NCBI GenBank assembly: GCA_000091165.1
Contig: FP565575.1
Location: forward strand, 1,800,001-1,832,000
DNA from: Candidatus Methylomirabilis oxygeniifera
GTDB lineage: Bacteria; Methylomirabilota; Methylomirabilia; Methylomirabilales; Methylomirabilaceae
Direction: 5' to 3'
DNA length: 32,000 bases
Under the pieces are notes generated by a model. The model had not been told where the DNA came from and made no database searches. It saw nothing but the letters and a program-made list of their open reading frames with translations. Position numbers and translations under genes: made by a program. Positions 1 through 10,011 of this stretch are shown here, piece by piece (within the stretch, counting starts at the first letter, position 1; each line of letters starts with the position of its first letter).

Positions 1-549
1 CCCACGCCCACGCCCTCGCCCTCGAGTGGCTCAACGTGAGCCGCCTTCGGGCCGGGAGCGGCGTCCGCGCCCTGCAACGTTCGCAGCGGCGGCGGCGTCC
101 ACGGGGTCAGTGCGGTCTGATAGGCAGAAGGAGCATGAGGCCTCACTGTCGCTGCTGATACGGCTGGAGGAGTCACGGTTCTGCGAGAGGAGGCCGATGC
201 AAGGCGCCGAAAGCGGCGTGAACTGGCCTGCGCTTTTTGCAGACCCGCCTGTTTTGTGCGCCGATGCGCGCGTGCTGTCGTTGTCCTAAGGGTTCTACGA
301 TCAGGTACCGGCACAGCCCGGGTCCGAATCGATCGATCGACAATCCGAACCTGGAGCGGCCGGTCGGTAGGCAGTCCGGCAGACCGCTGCATGGCGCTGA
401 TCAGGCCGATAAACACCAGATGCGCCAGCAGCGAAACAACGATAAAGTTGCGGATTTGCGGATGCTCAGCAAACAACATCCGCAACCCGCCATCTTGAAC
501 CTTGACTCTCAACACTAGTCGTTACAATAGTCCGCAGTCGCCATATTTG

Positions 550-1383
550 TCAAGGGTTGATCGCCTCAGAGGCGTCTTCTCGGGCAGAGAACAGATCCCC
601 TGCGTCGGGTGCGAAGGTCATCCAGGGAATACCGAGCGCGGGATGCCGATCTACTAGCACGGACACGCCGAAGACCTCTCGTATCGTATTCGGCCGGATG
701 ACCTCATCCGGGGGACCATCCGCTACGACGCGACCCGATGAGAGAAGGACCAGACGGTCAAAATAGAGTGAAGACAGATTCAGATCGTGAAGCGATGAAA
801 CAATCGTCAGACGGCGCTGAAGGTTGAGATCTTTGATCAGCGACAGCATCCGGATCTGGTGATTGAGATCGAGAGAGCGGGTCGGTTCGTCGAGCAGCAG
901 CAAACGTGGCTGTTGTGCCAGCGCCATCGCCAGGATCACCCGCTGGCGTTCCCCTCCGGAGAGTTCGTTGTACAGGCGGCCGGCAGCAGACAGAAGATCC
1001 GTGGCGGCCATCGCCGCTCGTACCGTGTCCAGGTCCGTATGCGCAGGGCCGCGGTAGCGATGCAGATACGGGGTACGCCCCAATAACACCACCTCCCTCA
1101 CTGTGAGGGAATACGGTAGCAGTAATTCCTGGGGAACCATAGCAATCGCCCGCGCCCGCGTCATTCGGCTCATCCCACCCAGATCTTCGCCCTCGAAAGA
1201 GATCGTACCGTCCCCTGGATGCAACACGCCCAGCATCAGCTTCAGGAGCGTCGTCTTTCCCGAGCCATTCGGGCCGAGAATCGCCACCCGTTCACCAGGC
1301 TCGATACACAGATCGATCCCCGCAAGCCCGAAGCCGCTCGAATAGGTGAAATGAACGCCGTCGAGACGCACCCCTGGCCTCAT
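550..1383 (-). CDS. btuD: Cobalamin/iron-siderophore type ABC transporter ATP-binding protein (BtuD/FhuC family)
   Basis: Walker A GPNGSGKTTLLK, signature LSGGERQRV, Walker B LLLLDEPTRSLD. The ORF is open to 1758, but ATG at 1383 (MRPGVRLDGVHFTYSSG) gives the expected N-terminus and a 4-nt overlap with the upstream permease gene. Confidence 0.9.
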   Translation of the reverse strand: MRPGVRLDGVHFTYSSGFGLAGIDLCIEPGERVAILGPNGSGKTTLLKLMLGVLHPGDGTISFEGEDLGGMSRMTRARAIAMVPQELLLPYSLTVREVVLLGRTPYLHRYRGPAHTDLDTVRAAMAATDLLSAAGRLYNELSGGERQRVILAMALAQQPRLLLLDEPTRSLDLNHQIRMLSLIKDLNLQRRLTIVSSLHDLNLSSLYFDRLVLLSSGRVVADGPPDEVIRPNTIREVFGVSVLVDRHPALGIPWMTFAPDAGDLFSAREDASEAINP

Positions 1384-2444
1384 CGCCACCCCGACTCCTT
1401 TCCGTTTCGCCGTAGGAGGAAAAGAAAAAGGGGACCGCCGAGCAGGGCCGTGAAGATTCCCACGGGAAGTTCCGCCGGAGCTGTGAGGGAGCGCGCTGCC
1501 GTATCCGCCAGTACCAGCAGGGCTGCGCCGGCCAGGGCCGAAGCCGGTAAGAGCCGTCGGTGATCCGACCCGACCAGAAGGCGTAGGATGTGCGGAACAG
1601 CAAGCCCCAGAAATCCGATCAGACCGCTCACGCTGACGGCAGCGCCCGTCAACAGCGCACCGAGCACAATGATCCGGCCGGACTCTCGATCCAGGTCCAC
1701 TCCCAGAGCTTGCGCCCCCTCTTCTCCCACCGTCAGCGCATTGAGCGACACCGCACAACCATATGCCGCAATAATGCCCGCAACAATGATCGGCCCTACT
1801 GCCAACAGTTGTCGCGGATCATTCACTGCGATCCCACCCATAAGCCAGGTAAAGACTTGACGCAATCGAAACTCGCTCCCCTCGAACAGCAGGATGCTCA
1901 ATGAGCCCAGATAGCCGAGAACCGCATTGACAATGACACCCGCGAGCAACAGGGTCACCGGCGAGCAGCGCCCATCTATCCGCGCAAGCCGGTAGACCAG
2001 CAGCACCGCCAGCAGGCCACCGACGAAGGCTGAGACCGCCACCGATCCAAAGCCGAGGATAGAGGCTGGAGGCAGAACAAGCATGGCCACCGTCGCCGCA
2101 AAGCCGGCACCGGCAGATGTGCCGATGATATACGGATCGGCGAGCGGATTGCGAAGGAGCCCCTGGAACAGGACACCGGCAGTCGCCAGGGCTGCGCCTA
2201 CCAACGCTCCGCCGAGGACTCTGGGTAGCCTGAGCTCGAGCAGGATCGTCTCATCCGCGCCCTGCCAGGTGACGGAGCCAAGCGAAATGCCGATCGATCG
2301 AAGAAGGATTTTGAGGATAGTTATAGGAGCTAACGCGACCGCACCCTGCATCACACCGATGAGCAGCGCCAGGAACAGTATGACGGAGAGGATGAGATAG
2401 GTGCGAAGCGAAGGGTGGAGGAGGCGAAAAAAAGACATCATCAT
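1380..2444 (-). CDS. btuC: FecCD/BtuC-family ABC transporter permease
   Basis: Polytopic protein with family motifs (LRLPRVLGGALVGAALATAGVLFQGLLRNPLADPYIIGTSAGAG; GLIGFLGLAVPHILR); adjacent to the ATPase and binding protein genes. Confidence 0.92.
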   Translation of the reverse strand: MMMSFFRLLHPSLRTYLILSVILFLALLIGVMQGAVALAPITILKILLRSIGISLGSVTWQGADETILLELRLPRVLGGALVGAALATAGVLFQGLLRNPLADPYIIGTSAGAGFAATVAMLVLPPASILGFGSVAVSAFVGGLLAVLLVYRLARIDGRCSPVTLLLAGVIVNAVLGYLGSLSILLFEGSEFRLRQVFTWLMGGIAVNDPRQLLAVGPIIVAGIIAAYGCAVSLNALTVGEEGAQALGVDLDRESGRIIVLGALLTGAAVSVSGLIGFLGLAVPHILRLLVGSDHRRLLPASALAGAALLVLADTAARSLTAPAELPVGIFTALLGGPLFLFLLRRNGKESGWR

Positions 2445-3337
2445 CGAAAGCGGTCCGGGTGCAGCAGTCTGGCTAACAGCTCGAGGCCCTCAACGATCCG
2501 AGGTCCAGGACGACTGATCGTATCCGAGTTGATCGGAGCGATCGCTCCCATGCGCACCGCCCGGATGCCCTTCCAGCCCGGACGTCGAGCCACCAGATCT
2601 GGCATCTGGGAGTTCAGAGAAGTACGGGTATCCCTCAGAATGATCAGATCGGGGTCGGCCCTGATCAGCTCCTCCAGGCTAAACTGAGGCCACGCCGTTT
2701 GCGAGTCCGCAGCGATGTTTATCCCACCCGCAAGTCGAATAAGAATATCGATAAAGGAACCCGGACCGGCCGTAAAGGGGCGGCCTGGGTCACTCCCGTC
2801 AAGCTCAATAAATACCTTGGGCCTTGGGGCATCGCGCACCTTCGCCACGACCGCCGCCACGCGTTGTCGCATAGCGCGAACCAGATCCTCGGCACGCGCC
2901 TCGGCGTCCACGATCCGGCCCATCAGGAGGATGTTTCGGTAGATGTCGTCGAGCGTCCGTGGCGCAAAGATCATCACCTGAATCCCATGGCGCCCAAGAG
3001 GCAGAAGCGATTCGGCGCCCCCATAGGTCGAGAGGATCAGGTCCGGGCTTAAACTCACAATCTGCTCCAGGCTGGGATTAAAAGGAGTCACTCGAGGCTT
3101 GGCTTTTGCAGCCGGCGGAAAGTCGCTCCATTGTTCCACAGCCACAATTCGGTCTTCAGCGCCCAGGGCGAACAATATCTCGGTATTACTCGGCGTCAAG
3201 CTCATGATCCGCTTGGGCGGCCCGTCCAGTGTGACGGACCGCCCTGTATCATCGACAACAGTGAGGGGAGATGCGTCGGCCGAAGCCCATGCCGAGATTA
3301 CCAAGATGAATGACAGCAGGCATCTTCGACACCTCAT
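2441..3337 (-). CDS. btuF: Periplasmic corrinoid/metal-chelate binding protein of ABC transporter (BtuF family)
   Basis: Signal peptide followed by TVVDDTGRSVTLDGPPKRIMSLTPSNTEILFALGAEDRIVAV, typical of helical-backbone type III binding proteins; in operon with btuC/btuD and under a B12 riboswitch. Confidence 0.88.
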   Translation of the reverse strand: MRCRRCLLSFILVISAWASADASPLTVVDDTGRSVTLDGPPKRIMSLTPSNTEILFALGAEDRIVAVEQWSDFPPAAKAKPRVTPFNPSLEQIVSLSPDLILSTYGGAESLLPLGRHGIQVMIFAPRTLDDIYRNILLMGRIVDAEARAEDLVRAMRQRVAAVVAKVRDAPRPKVFIELDGSDPGRPFTAGPGSFIDILIRLAGGINIAADSQTAWPQFSLEELIRADPDLIILRDTRTSLNSQMPDLVARRPGWKGIRAVRMGAIAPINSDTISRPGPRIVEGLELLARLLHPDRFR

Positions 3338-5346
3338 AAGCTGCCTTTAAAACCCAGCAAAAAGGTGATCCGCGGGGCGGAGAAACCGAAGGTCTCCTGA
3401 AAGCCCTCATCAAAGAGGTTCTGGACCTTTCCGAAGAGTGACACCTCCCTCAGGTGGAGCCGGTCCTTGAGCAGGAGGTAGGCGAAGGCGACATCGACGG
3501 TGGTGTAGCTGGGAAGCGTGACCCGCGGCGAGGGAAAGGTGCGAAAGTCGAGATCCTCCTGAGCGCCGACAAAGGTCGCCGTCAGGTTGGTATGGAGTCG
3601 CTCCCAGACATGGTCGATAGAAAGCGATCCCCTATGCTTCGGTCGCCGGATCAGCGGTGCGCCGACCGGCAACTCAGTCCCTCCGACGCCGCCATTGTCG
3701 AGAACCTTACTCTCCAAGAATGTGTAGGTGCCGCCCACAGTCAGGCCGAACCCTGGATGTACCCTGGCGGCGGCCTCGATCCCTTTTGCCCTGGCCGACT
3801 GGACATTCCGGAAGCTCGGCGCTCCACCGACAAAGGCGATCAGGTTGGTGAACCGATTGTGGAAGTAGGTCGCATTCAGCTCAACCAGACCCTTGAGCAG
3901 CGACTGATCGAATCCAACCTCCCAACCCCTGGAGCGCTCCGGCTTCAGATCGGGATTGCCGATCACAAACGAGCTGCCGTCGCCGAAGTTCTGAATAAAG
4001 GTGGGCGCTTTGATCCCTTCGCCGTATCCGGCCCGGAGCTTCGTCCCAAAAAATGGGAGGATGTAGGCTCCCGACACGCGGGGGGTCACCTCGGTCCCGA
4101 ATGTGCTGTGCCCATCGACTCGAAACCCCGCCGTTAGGAAAAGCTGTTTCCTCCAGTCGAGCTGACCCTGGAGGTAGCCGGCCTTATTGTCCCGATCGGC
4201 CTCGTTACGGCTTGAAAATGGAAAATCGGTCTCTGTGGCCGCCCCACGCTGCTGGAACTCCTCCCGCTCAAAGGCGAAGCCGACGGTAAAGAGACTGGAG
4301 ACATCAAAAACGGTCGGGGCGGTCAGGTTCCAGAAGTAGTCTGCAGAGACGCGACGCTCCTCATTGGTGCTGTGGAAAGCGGAAAAATCAATGAGCTGCC
4401 CTGTGCGAGGATCCACCGGATCGAATGGGTCGTCAAAGGCCGATTGATGGCGGTAGAAGCCGACCTGCATCGTGTGCTGCCACCAGGGCGTCAGCGCATG
4501 ACTGGCTTTGCCGCTTACGAGCAACCGCGTCCGATCGGACGACTGTCTCGGATCAAGCGGGCTGTAGAGATTCCCGGCATCACCGGTGGGAAACTCGAAC
4601 GCGCTGTCGACGAATCGAACGATCAAGTTGAGGTCCAGCGCCTTTTCTATGGCGTAGTCCAACCGGCCACTGACGGTTGTTTCACGAAAGTCGTTATTGA
4701 TGCGGAGACTTCCCTCGGTATCGGTCCTGCCTACGCTTAACGAGTAGCCGGCTCTCCCACTACCACCAATCAGATTCAACTTTTCTTCAAAGGTACTCAG
4801 ATTCCCGCCTGCGAACGAGACCTCGACTTGCGGGACCCCCTTCCCTCGCTTCGTGAAGATCTGGATCACCGACCCCATGGCATCGGAACCGTACAGCGCG
4901 CTATGCGGCCCCCTGACGATCTCGATCCGCTCGATATTGTCGGTACTCAGATCACTGAAGTCAAAAGAGCCGCCGGCGTCGTTCACCTTGATGCCGTCGA
5001 TCAGTACGAGGTTGAAGCGGGATTCGCCACCCCTCGGAAAGACCGAGACGGTACCGCCGCGACTTCCTGTCTGCGTCACACTCAACCCCGGGACATCCCG
5101 CAGAAGATCCGTCACCTGGGTGACCTGACGAGCTTCGATCTCCTCCTTTGTAATCACGGTGACCGACGCCGCAACCTGTTTTACGGGAACTTCAGTTTTG
5201 GTCGCCGTTACCACCACCGACCCCAACTCTACCGCATCTTCAGGAACCGACCCAATCGTCTGTCCCGACGCACTCCCCGGTCCACAGCACCACAGAATCG
5301 TCGTCCACAACCACCACTTGGCAGCACCATGCCAGCCTGTCATCAC
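3334..5346 (-). CDS. btuB: TonB-dependent outer-membrane receptor, probable corrinoid receptor
   Basis: TonB-box-like/plug domain (ETPVKQVAASVTVITKEEIEARQVTQVTDLLRDVPGLSVTQTG...GGESRFNLVLIDGIKVND) and C-terminal beta-barrel with terminal aromatic-type strand; directly downstream of a cobalamin riboswitch. Starts GTG ATG. Confidence 0.9.
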   Translation of the reverse strand: MMTGWHGAAKWWLWTTILWCCGPGSASGQTIGSVPEDAVELGSVVVTATKTEVPVKQVAASVTVITKEEIEARQVTQVTDLLRDVPGLSVTQTGSRGGTVSVFPRGGESRFNLVLIDGIKVNDAGGSFDFSDLSTDNIERIEIVRGPHSALYGSDAMGSVIQIFTKRGKGVPQVEVSFAGGNLSTFEEKLNLIGGSGRAGYSLSVGRTDTEGSLRINNDFRETTVSGRLDYAIEKALDLNLIVRFVDSAFEFPTGDAGNLYSPLDPRQSSDRTRLLVSGKASHALTPWWQHTMQVGFYRHQSAFDDPFDPVDPRTGQLIDFSAFHSTNEERRVSADYFWNLTAPTVFDVSSLFTVGFAFEREEFQQRGAATETDFPFSSRNEADRDNKAGYLQGQLDWRKQLFLTAGFRVDGHSTFGTEVTPRVSGAYILPFFGTKLRAGYGEGIKAPTFIQNFGDGSSFVIGNPDLKPERSRGWEVGFDQSLLKGLVELNATYFHNRFTNLIAFVGGAPSFRNVQSARAKGIEAAARVHPGFGLTVGGTYTFLESKVLDNGGVGGTELPVGAPLIRRPKHRGSLSIDHVWERLHTNLTATFVGAQEDLDFRTFPSPRVTLPSYTTVDVAFAYLLLKDRLHLREVSLFGKVQNLFDEGFQETFGFSAPRITFLLGFKGSL

Positions 5347-5383
5347 TCGCCCCCTTATCCGCGAAGGTGGTACGTTGTCTGTT

Positions 5384-5635
5384 CCCCTGGATAGGTCTCC
5401 TGACTTGTGGATCGTTGCCGACTCTGCGCCTTCCCATCCACATAGCGTTTAGTGTTGAGTGTTAAGTGTTGAGTTTCAGATCCTCATACTTCACACTTAA
5501 CACTTTTCACTAAACACTGCCCTTTGGACAGTGGCATCATGCAGAGCGACTCCCCACTCACAGTGGCGGGACCGTGCTGGCTTTACCCTGCCGCAGTATA
5601 TGGCAGGACACACCAGCTTCCCTTACATCCAGGGG
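5384..5635 (-). promoter_or_regulatory. Cobalamin riboswitch upstream of btuB
   Basis: Minus strand shows AAGTCAGGAGACCTATCC (B12 box), GGGAAGGCGCAGAGTC, CGCCACTGTGAG and a perfect 9-nt P1 pairing CCCCTGGAT/ATCCAGGGG that closes the element (5384-5392 with 5627-5635). Confidence 0.93.
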
Positions 5636-5782
5636 CGCCCGGTTCGACTTATCACATTGGACTATCCGTATTGGCCTCTCTCACCCCCCTTCAAGCTTGT
5701 TACTCATTCCACTGCAGCAAAGATCCGGCTCACCTCTGCTCCGCAACACAAATCTCCCAACCCTCCGAGGAAGACTTGACCA

Positions 5783-6523
5783 CTACCGTCCATCCCCAAG
5801 CCCTGCGACAACGAGGAAGACGATTTCCGACAACTCGATCGCAGCGCCGTAGACGTCACCCGTGAGACCGCCGAGGCGACGCTTCAGCCACACACCCATC
5901 CCCAGCGCAACGGCAAGCGCAGACGCTCCCGGCACGATAATACGCACGCCCGTCCAGGCTACCAAGGCCAACGTCAGGCACGTCGCCACAGCAAAATGGA
6001 GCGGGCGCCCGTGCCGGTGGAAGGGCTTCCCCAGACCCTCGACCCGCACGTACGGGAAGAAGATGACCAGTGGAATCACCGCCCATCGCGCCAGAATGGG
6101 AAAGGCGAACAGTTGCCATACGGCGTCATGCCTGAGTACTGTCATAACGGTGAACACCTTTGCGATCACAAACAAGCAGAGGACCGTAGCTCCGTGGGCG
6201 CCGATTCGGCTGTCTTTCATAATCGCAAGCATACGCCGGCGATCCCCACGCCCCCCGCCGAAAGCGTCCGATACGTCGGCCAGCCCGTCCAGATGAAGGC
6301 CGCCCGTGATCGCCGCAAGGAGCGCCACGAGGCCGACTGCCATCAGGTCTGAGGGTAGATAACCGCGCAGGAGCCGCTCGGTCCCGACAAGCGCGAGTCC
6401 CAGCACCATCCCAACGATGGGAAACCACGAAAGCGAACGACCCAAGTCGACATCTTCGGCTAGGGCATTCTTTACCGGCAGTCGTGTCAAGAAACCGAAA
6501 GCAATGGCAAGCGATTGAAGCAT
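5783..6523 (-). CDS. cobS: Adenosylcobinamide-GDP ribazoletransferase (cobalamin synthase)
   Basis: MLQSLAIAFGFLTRLPV...GLALVGTERLL...GGLHLDGLADVSDAFGG...MKDSRIGAHG: classic CobS motifs. Start chosen at internal ATG 6523; ORF is open to 6604. Confidence 0.93.
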   Translation of the reverse strand: MLQSLAIAFGFLTRLPVKNALAEDVDLGRSLSWFPIVGMVLGLALVGTERLLRGYLPSDLMAVGLVALLAAITGGLHLDGLADVSDAFGGGRGDRRRMLAIMKDSRIGAHGATVLCLFVIAKVFTVMTVLRHDAVWQLFAFPILARWAVIPLVIFFPYVRVEGLGKPFHRHGRPLHFAVATCLTLALVAWTGVRIIVPGASALAVALGMGVWLKRRLGGLTGDVYGAAIELSEIVFLVVAGLGDGR

Positions 6524-6593
6524 TCTTCTCACGGCAAAGATGAATACAGACCGGCGAAATCCCAAGAGGGACGGCGCCGGCACTGCTACACAA

Positions 6594-7652
6594 CTAAACG
6601 CCACTATCGTTCACCCCCGCCGAGGTGAATGTCGCCATCTCGCGAAGGATGTGCAGCGCTGCCTCGACAAGATTCATGGCCAGCACCGCGCCGGTGCCTT
6701 CACCTAAACGTAGGTCCAGATCGAGCAGGGGTGTGGTGCCGAGCGCCTGGAGCACCAGCCGGTGCCCTGCCTCCGCAGAGCGGTGCGAGGCAATGAGGTG
6801 CCCTGCCGCACGCGGCGCGATTCGCGTCGCGGCGAGCGCCGCGCTGCCGCAGATGAATCCGTCGATCACTATTGCCATCCGAGACGCCGCTCCGCCCAAG
6901 ATGACGCCGGCGAGTCCGGCGATCTCGAATCCCCCTACCTTAGCCAGGGCATCGACGCCATCCTGTGGATCAGGACGGTTGAGCAAGAGCCCGCGCCGAA
7001 TGGCGTCAATCTTCTGTTTGAGGGCCACATCGTCAATACCGGTCCCTCGGTCCGCTACGTCTTCCGGAGGCACTCCTGTGAACACCGCGGTCAGGGCGCT
7101 CGCGGCGGTCGTATTGCCGATACCCATATCGCCGATGCCCAGAAGGGTCACCCCGTCACGCGCCAATTCCCCGGCAATCTGAATGCCGACTTCGACGGCC
7201 GTGATGACCTCTTCCCGTGTCATCGCCGGCCCTCTTGTAAAGTTGCGCGTACCGGACCCGATTCGGTGCGCCCGAACTCCCGACGCCGCGCACAGCGGCG
7301 CCTTCACGCCCATATCCACGATCACGACCCTGGCGCCGGCATGTCGCGCCAACACGTTGATCGCCGCGCCGCCGCGCGCGAAGTTGAGCAGCATCTGGCC
7401 GGTGACCTCTTGCGGATAGGCGCTGACGCCCTCCTCGGCCACGCCGTGGTCAGCCGCCATGACCACAATAGCCTTCTGAGGAAGATCGGGTACGCTCGTG
7501 CCGCGAATCGCCGCTACTTGGCAGGCAAGGTCCTCGAGTCGACCGAGACTCCTCCGCGGTTTGGTTTTGAGGTCCAACAGTCGTTGCGTTCTCTCCGCAA
7601 TCCGCTGATCCGGCTCTTTGATGCGGGAACAGATCTCAGTCAATGTGCTCAT
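6594..7652 (-). CDS. cobT: Nicotinate-nucleotide--dimethylbenzimidazole phosphoribosyltransferase
   Basis: LDLKTKPRRSLGRLEDLACQVA, VVMAADHGVAEEGVSAYPQEVTGQML, GIGDMGIGNTTAASAL, VDGFICGSAALAA motifs. Confidence 0.95.
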   Translation of the reverse strand: MSTLTEICSRIKEPDQRIAERTQRLLDLKTKPRRSLGRLEDLACQVAAIRGTSVPDLPQKAIVVMAADHGVAEEGVSAYPQEVTGQMLLNFARGGAAINVLARHAGARVVIVDMGVKAPLCAASGVRAHRIGSGTRNFTRGPAMTREEVITAVEVGIQIAGELARDGVTLLGIGDMGIGNTTAASALTAVFTGVPPEDVADRGTGIDDVALKQKIDAIRRGLLLNRPDPQDGVDALAKVGGFEIAGLAGVILGGAASRMAIVIDGFICGSAALAATRIAPRAAGHLIASHRSAEAGHRLVLQALGTTPLLDLDLRLGEGTGAVLAMNLVEAALHILREMATFTSAGVNDSGV

Positions 7653-8212
7653 AGTGGGCTTCCCAGGGTTCGAACCGACACAGGCTCGGGTCGGATGCGC
7701 AGAATCAACCCGAGGATCGCCAGGTAGATCTCATCTGCGACGCCGGCCAGTCGTTGGTGGGTACGGCCCGCAACGTCCCGGAAGGCCCTTCCGAGCGACG
7801 TCTCCGGCACCACGCCCATCCCCACCTCGTTCGTTACGATGACGGCGTGGAACGCCCGCCGCTCCAGGACGCCGACAAGGGTGTGCACCTGCTCCAAGAC
7901 CCTCGTCTCCGACCTGTCCCGGAGCAGCAAGTTCGAAAGCCACAGGGTCAGGCAGTCGATTACGACGACGTCGATATCACGAAGATCGAGCAACCTCTCA
8001 GCCAGAGCGAGCGGCTCCTCGACGGTCTGAAAGTCGGTACCGCGTGTGCGGACATGGTTCGCAATTCTCTCCTTCATCTCCTCATCCAGGGCCTGCGCGG
8101 TCGCGATGAATGCGCGCCGGGTGCCGAGGCGCCGCGCCAGCGAGAGGGCGAAGGCGCTCTTGCCGGATCGCACTCCTCCCCCGATCAATACGATCCTGGT
8201 TTCATCGCTCAT
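7649..8212 (-). CDS. cobU: Bifunctional adenosylcobinamide kinase/adenosylcobinamide-phosphate guanylyltransferase
   Basis: P-loop GGGVRSGKSAFALSLA, VVIDCLTLWLSNLL, VTNEVGMGVVPETSLGRAFRDVAGRTHQRLA motifs; 4-nt overlap with cobT. Confidence 0.95.
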   Translation of the reverse strand: MSDETRIVLIGGGVRSGKSAFALSLARRLGTRRAFIATAQALDEEMKERIANHVRTRGTDFQTVEEPLALAERLLDLRDIDVVVIDCLTLWLSNLLLRDRSETRVLEQVHTLVGVLERRAFHAVIVTNEVGMGVVPETSLGRAFRDVAGRTHQRLAGVADEIYLAILGLILRIRPEPVSVRTLGSPL

Positions 8213-9047
8213 CTGCCGACGCCTCCGCGAGCAGCGATTGAACTACTGCACGCGACTCCTCAAAATCAGCCTCACGAAAGACTTCGAGCGTCAGCACACC
8301 GCGGTACGACACGCTCAGCAGGGTATCGACGACCCAGCGTGCACGCTCGTGCGGGTAGTACTTAAGCGAGCGGTGATCTCGCCCCGATGGGTCCACGCCA
8401 TGCCACTGGATCACCCGCGTACGGTGCAGGTTTCGAAGAAGCAGATCTCGCTCCTGACGCTCGTCGCGGTGAAGGTGCCCGAGATCAATCGCCACAGAGA
8501 GGCCAAGATCCGTGACGACCGGCTCGATATACGAGAAATCGTAGTCGAGCGTTTCGATGCATACGTCCGCCGAAGGAATCCCGCTGTCCAAAATGGCCTC
8601 GAGCGACCCCGCCGCACGGCGACGCCAGGCTCGAATATCCGTTGGCGTCTTATCATGTTCGCAGTCGCCCAAGTCGATATGCACGATATCGGCGTACGGC
8701 TTAAGCGGCCTCGCCAGCTCGATCGCGCGGCAGACCTGCTCAATGGCCGTCTGACGCTGCGAATCGCTGTCACTCGCCAGACTGACGTTGAGAGGCGTGT
8801 GCACCGTATAGGTTAGATCGGCTCGCCCCTTCCACTCAGCGAGCCCGCGCAGTTCCGCATCATCCGGAACGCCGCAATCAAGCTCAAACAGGAGGATCTC
8901 AATATCATCGACTTGACCGGCCAGCCGCTCGACGTTTGGAAGCCATCGGGCCGGGTAGATAAACGAAGTGGTCCCGATGCGAAATGGTACGTTCACCACG
9001 GCCTGTTCGCCTATGCAGCCCGCAATGAGGTCCTTACTGCTTGTCAT
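8202..9047 (-). CDS. cbiR: TIM-barrel (AP-endonuclease-2/xylose isomerase-like) protein, probable cobamide remodelling phosphodiesterase CbiR
   Basis: PFRIGTTSFIYPARWLPNVERLAGQVDDIEILLFE...YTVHTPLNVSL...DIVHIDLGD...VCIETLDYDF...VAIDLGHLH...VIQWHGVDPSGRDHRSL...TLEVFREADFEES; tightly coupled to bluB and cobU. Start ATG 9047 (MTSSKDL), overlapping the bluB stop. Confidence 0.78.
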   Translation of the reverse strand: MTSSKDLIAGCIGEQAVVNVPFRIGTTSFIYPARWLPNVERLAGQVDDIEILLFELDCGVPDDAELRGLAEWKGRADLTYTVHTPLNVSLASDSDSQRQTAIEQVCRAIELARPLKPYADIVHIDLGDCEHDKTPTDIRAWRRRAAGSLEAILDSGIPSADVCIETLDYDFSYIEPVVTDLGLSVAIDLGHLHRDERQERDLLLRNLHRTRVIQWHGVDPSGRDHRSLKYYPHERARWVVDTLLSVSYRGVLTLEVFREADFEESRAVVQSLLAEASADER

Positions 9048-9801
9048 CAGTGGGATAGGCCCTCGACGGAGTCTGCGGACATACATCCTCGCTCGCGCGC
9101 TCACCGTTAATCCGGCTCGTTTCAAGCGCGCGGAGCAGGTCTGGTCGTGGCCGCGCAGCCCAACGGTCATGGAAGACCACCTCTTGCAGAGGAAGCCGCG
9201 GCAACCAGCCCCTGGTCTCGAGTGCGGGCTGCGCCGGAAAGCTCTCGACGAAACCGACGCACAGGTAGGCAATGGGAATGATCCGGTCAGGGATTCCCAG
9301 AATGCTGCGAAGAGCACCAGGATCGAGGATGCTCACCCACCCGACGCCGAGACCTTCTGCGCGTGCAGCAAGCCAGAGGTTCTGGACGGCGCAGCAGGTA
9401 CTATAAACCGCGGTTTCCGGAATCGTGTTCCGTCCAATCACTGCCGGTCCAAAGCGCTCATGGTCGCACGTCACGCATAGGTTGATGGGTGCATCGAGGA
9501 TCCCTTCCAGCTTGAAGGAGAGATACGCCTCGCGGCGCTCCTTCTCAAACATTTCTGCGGCACGCAACCGCTCCACCTCAACATGTGCGCGGACCTGCCT
9601 GCGGACTTCACGGTCCTCAACAACAAGAAAGTTCCACGGCTGCGAGAATCCGACTGAGCCGGCCTGATGAGCCGCCAAGAGGATGCGAGCAAGGGTCTCC
9701 GCCGGAATGGAATCGGGGAGAAAGGCCCGCATGTCGCGGCGGCGCGTAATCGCCTCATAGAGGGCTCTACGCGACGCTTCAGGAAAGGCATGATCTGTCA
9801 T
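9034..9801 (-). CDS. bluB: 5,6-dimethylbenzimidazole synthase (BluB family flavin destructase)
   Basis: Nitroreductase-fold protein with ITRRRDMRAFLPDSIPAETLARILLAAHQAGSVGFSQPWNFLVV, ETAVYSTCCAVQNLWLAARAEGLGVGWVSI; in the cobalamin operon behind a B12 riboswitch. Confidence 0.92.
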   Translation of the reverse strand: MTDHAFPEASRRALYEAITRRRDMRAFLPDSIPAETLARILLAAHQAGSVGFSQPWNFLVVEDREVRRQVRAHVEVERLRAAEMFEKERREAYLSFKLEGILDAPINLCVTCDHERFGPAVIGRNTIPETAVYSTCCAVQNLWLAARAEGLGVGWVSILDPGALRSILGIPDRIIPIAYLCVGFVESFPAQPALETRGWLPRLPLQEVVFHDRWAARPRPDLLRALETSRINGERASEDVCPQTPSRAYPTDDKQ

Positions 9802-9887
9802 AGGATCCTCACCATCGAAAAAGCAAATGAACCTCTTTGCCGAGTTACCTATCGAGACCTATGAAGTTGGGTGCATGATTCCTTAAC

Positions 9888-9919
9888 AAAAAACCCCAAT
9901 TCTCCGAGGAGAATTGGGG
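9888..9919 (-). terminator. Rho-independent terminator / likely riboswitch expression platform in bluB leader
   Basis: Minus strand CCCCAATTCTCCTCGGAGAATTGGGGTTTTTT (hairpin 9894-9919, U tract 9888-9893), between the cobalamin riboswitch and bluB. Confidence 0.85.
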
Positions 9920-10011
9920 TGTCACTCCCAAACTAAACGCTACACCTGCGCCGCGAGAAATCCGTTCCGCGACAAGGCCGCCCTCCCCCTCGGAAGGTCA
10001 TCAGCACCTAA

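Noticed and set aside
26-289. Small ORFs 26..289, 237..518 and 256..498 at the window start
   Set aside because: Low-complexity Arg/Ser/Ala-rich translations with no recognisable domain; likely spurious high-GC frames, and any real gene at the edge is truncated.
509-525. Possible further AGTGTTG heptad element near TTGACTCTCAACACTAG
   Set aside because: Only one heptad-like unit and no convincing inverted partner.
7650-7680. GGGTTCGAA motif suggestive of a tRNA T-arm
   Set aside because: Lies in the cobT/cobU junction coding sequence and no cloverleaf with acceptor and anticodon stems can be formed.
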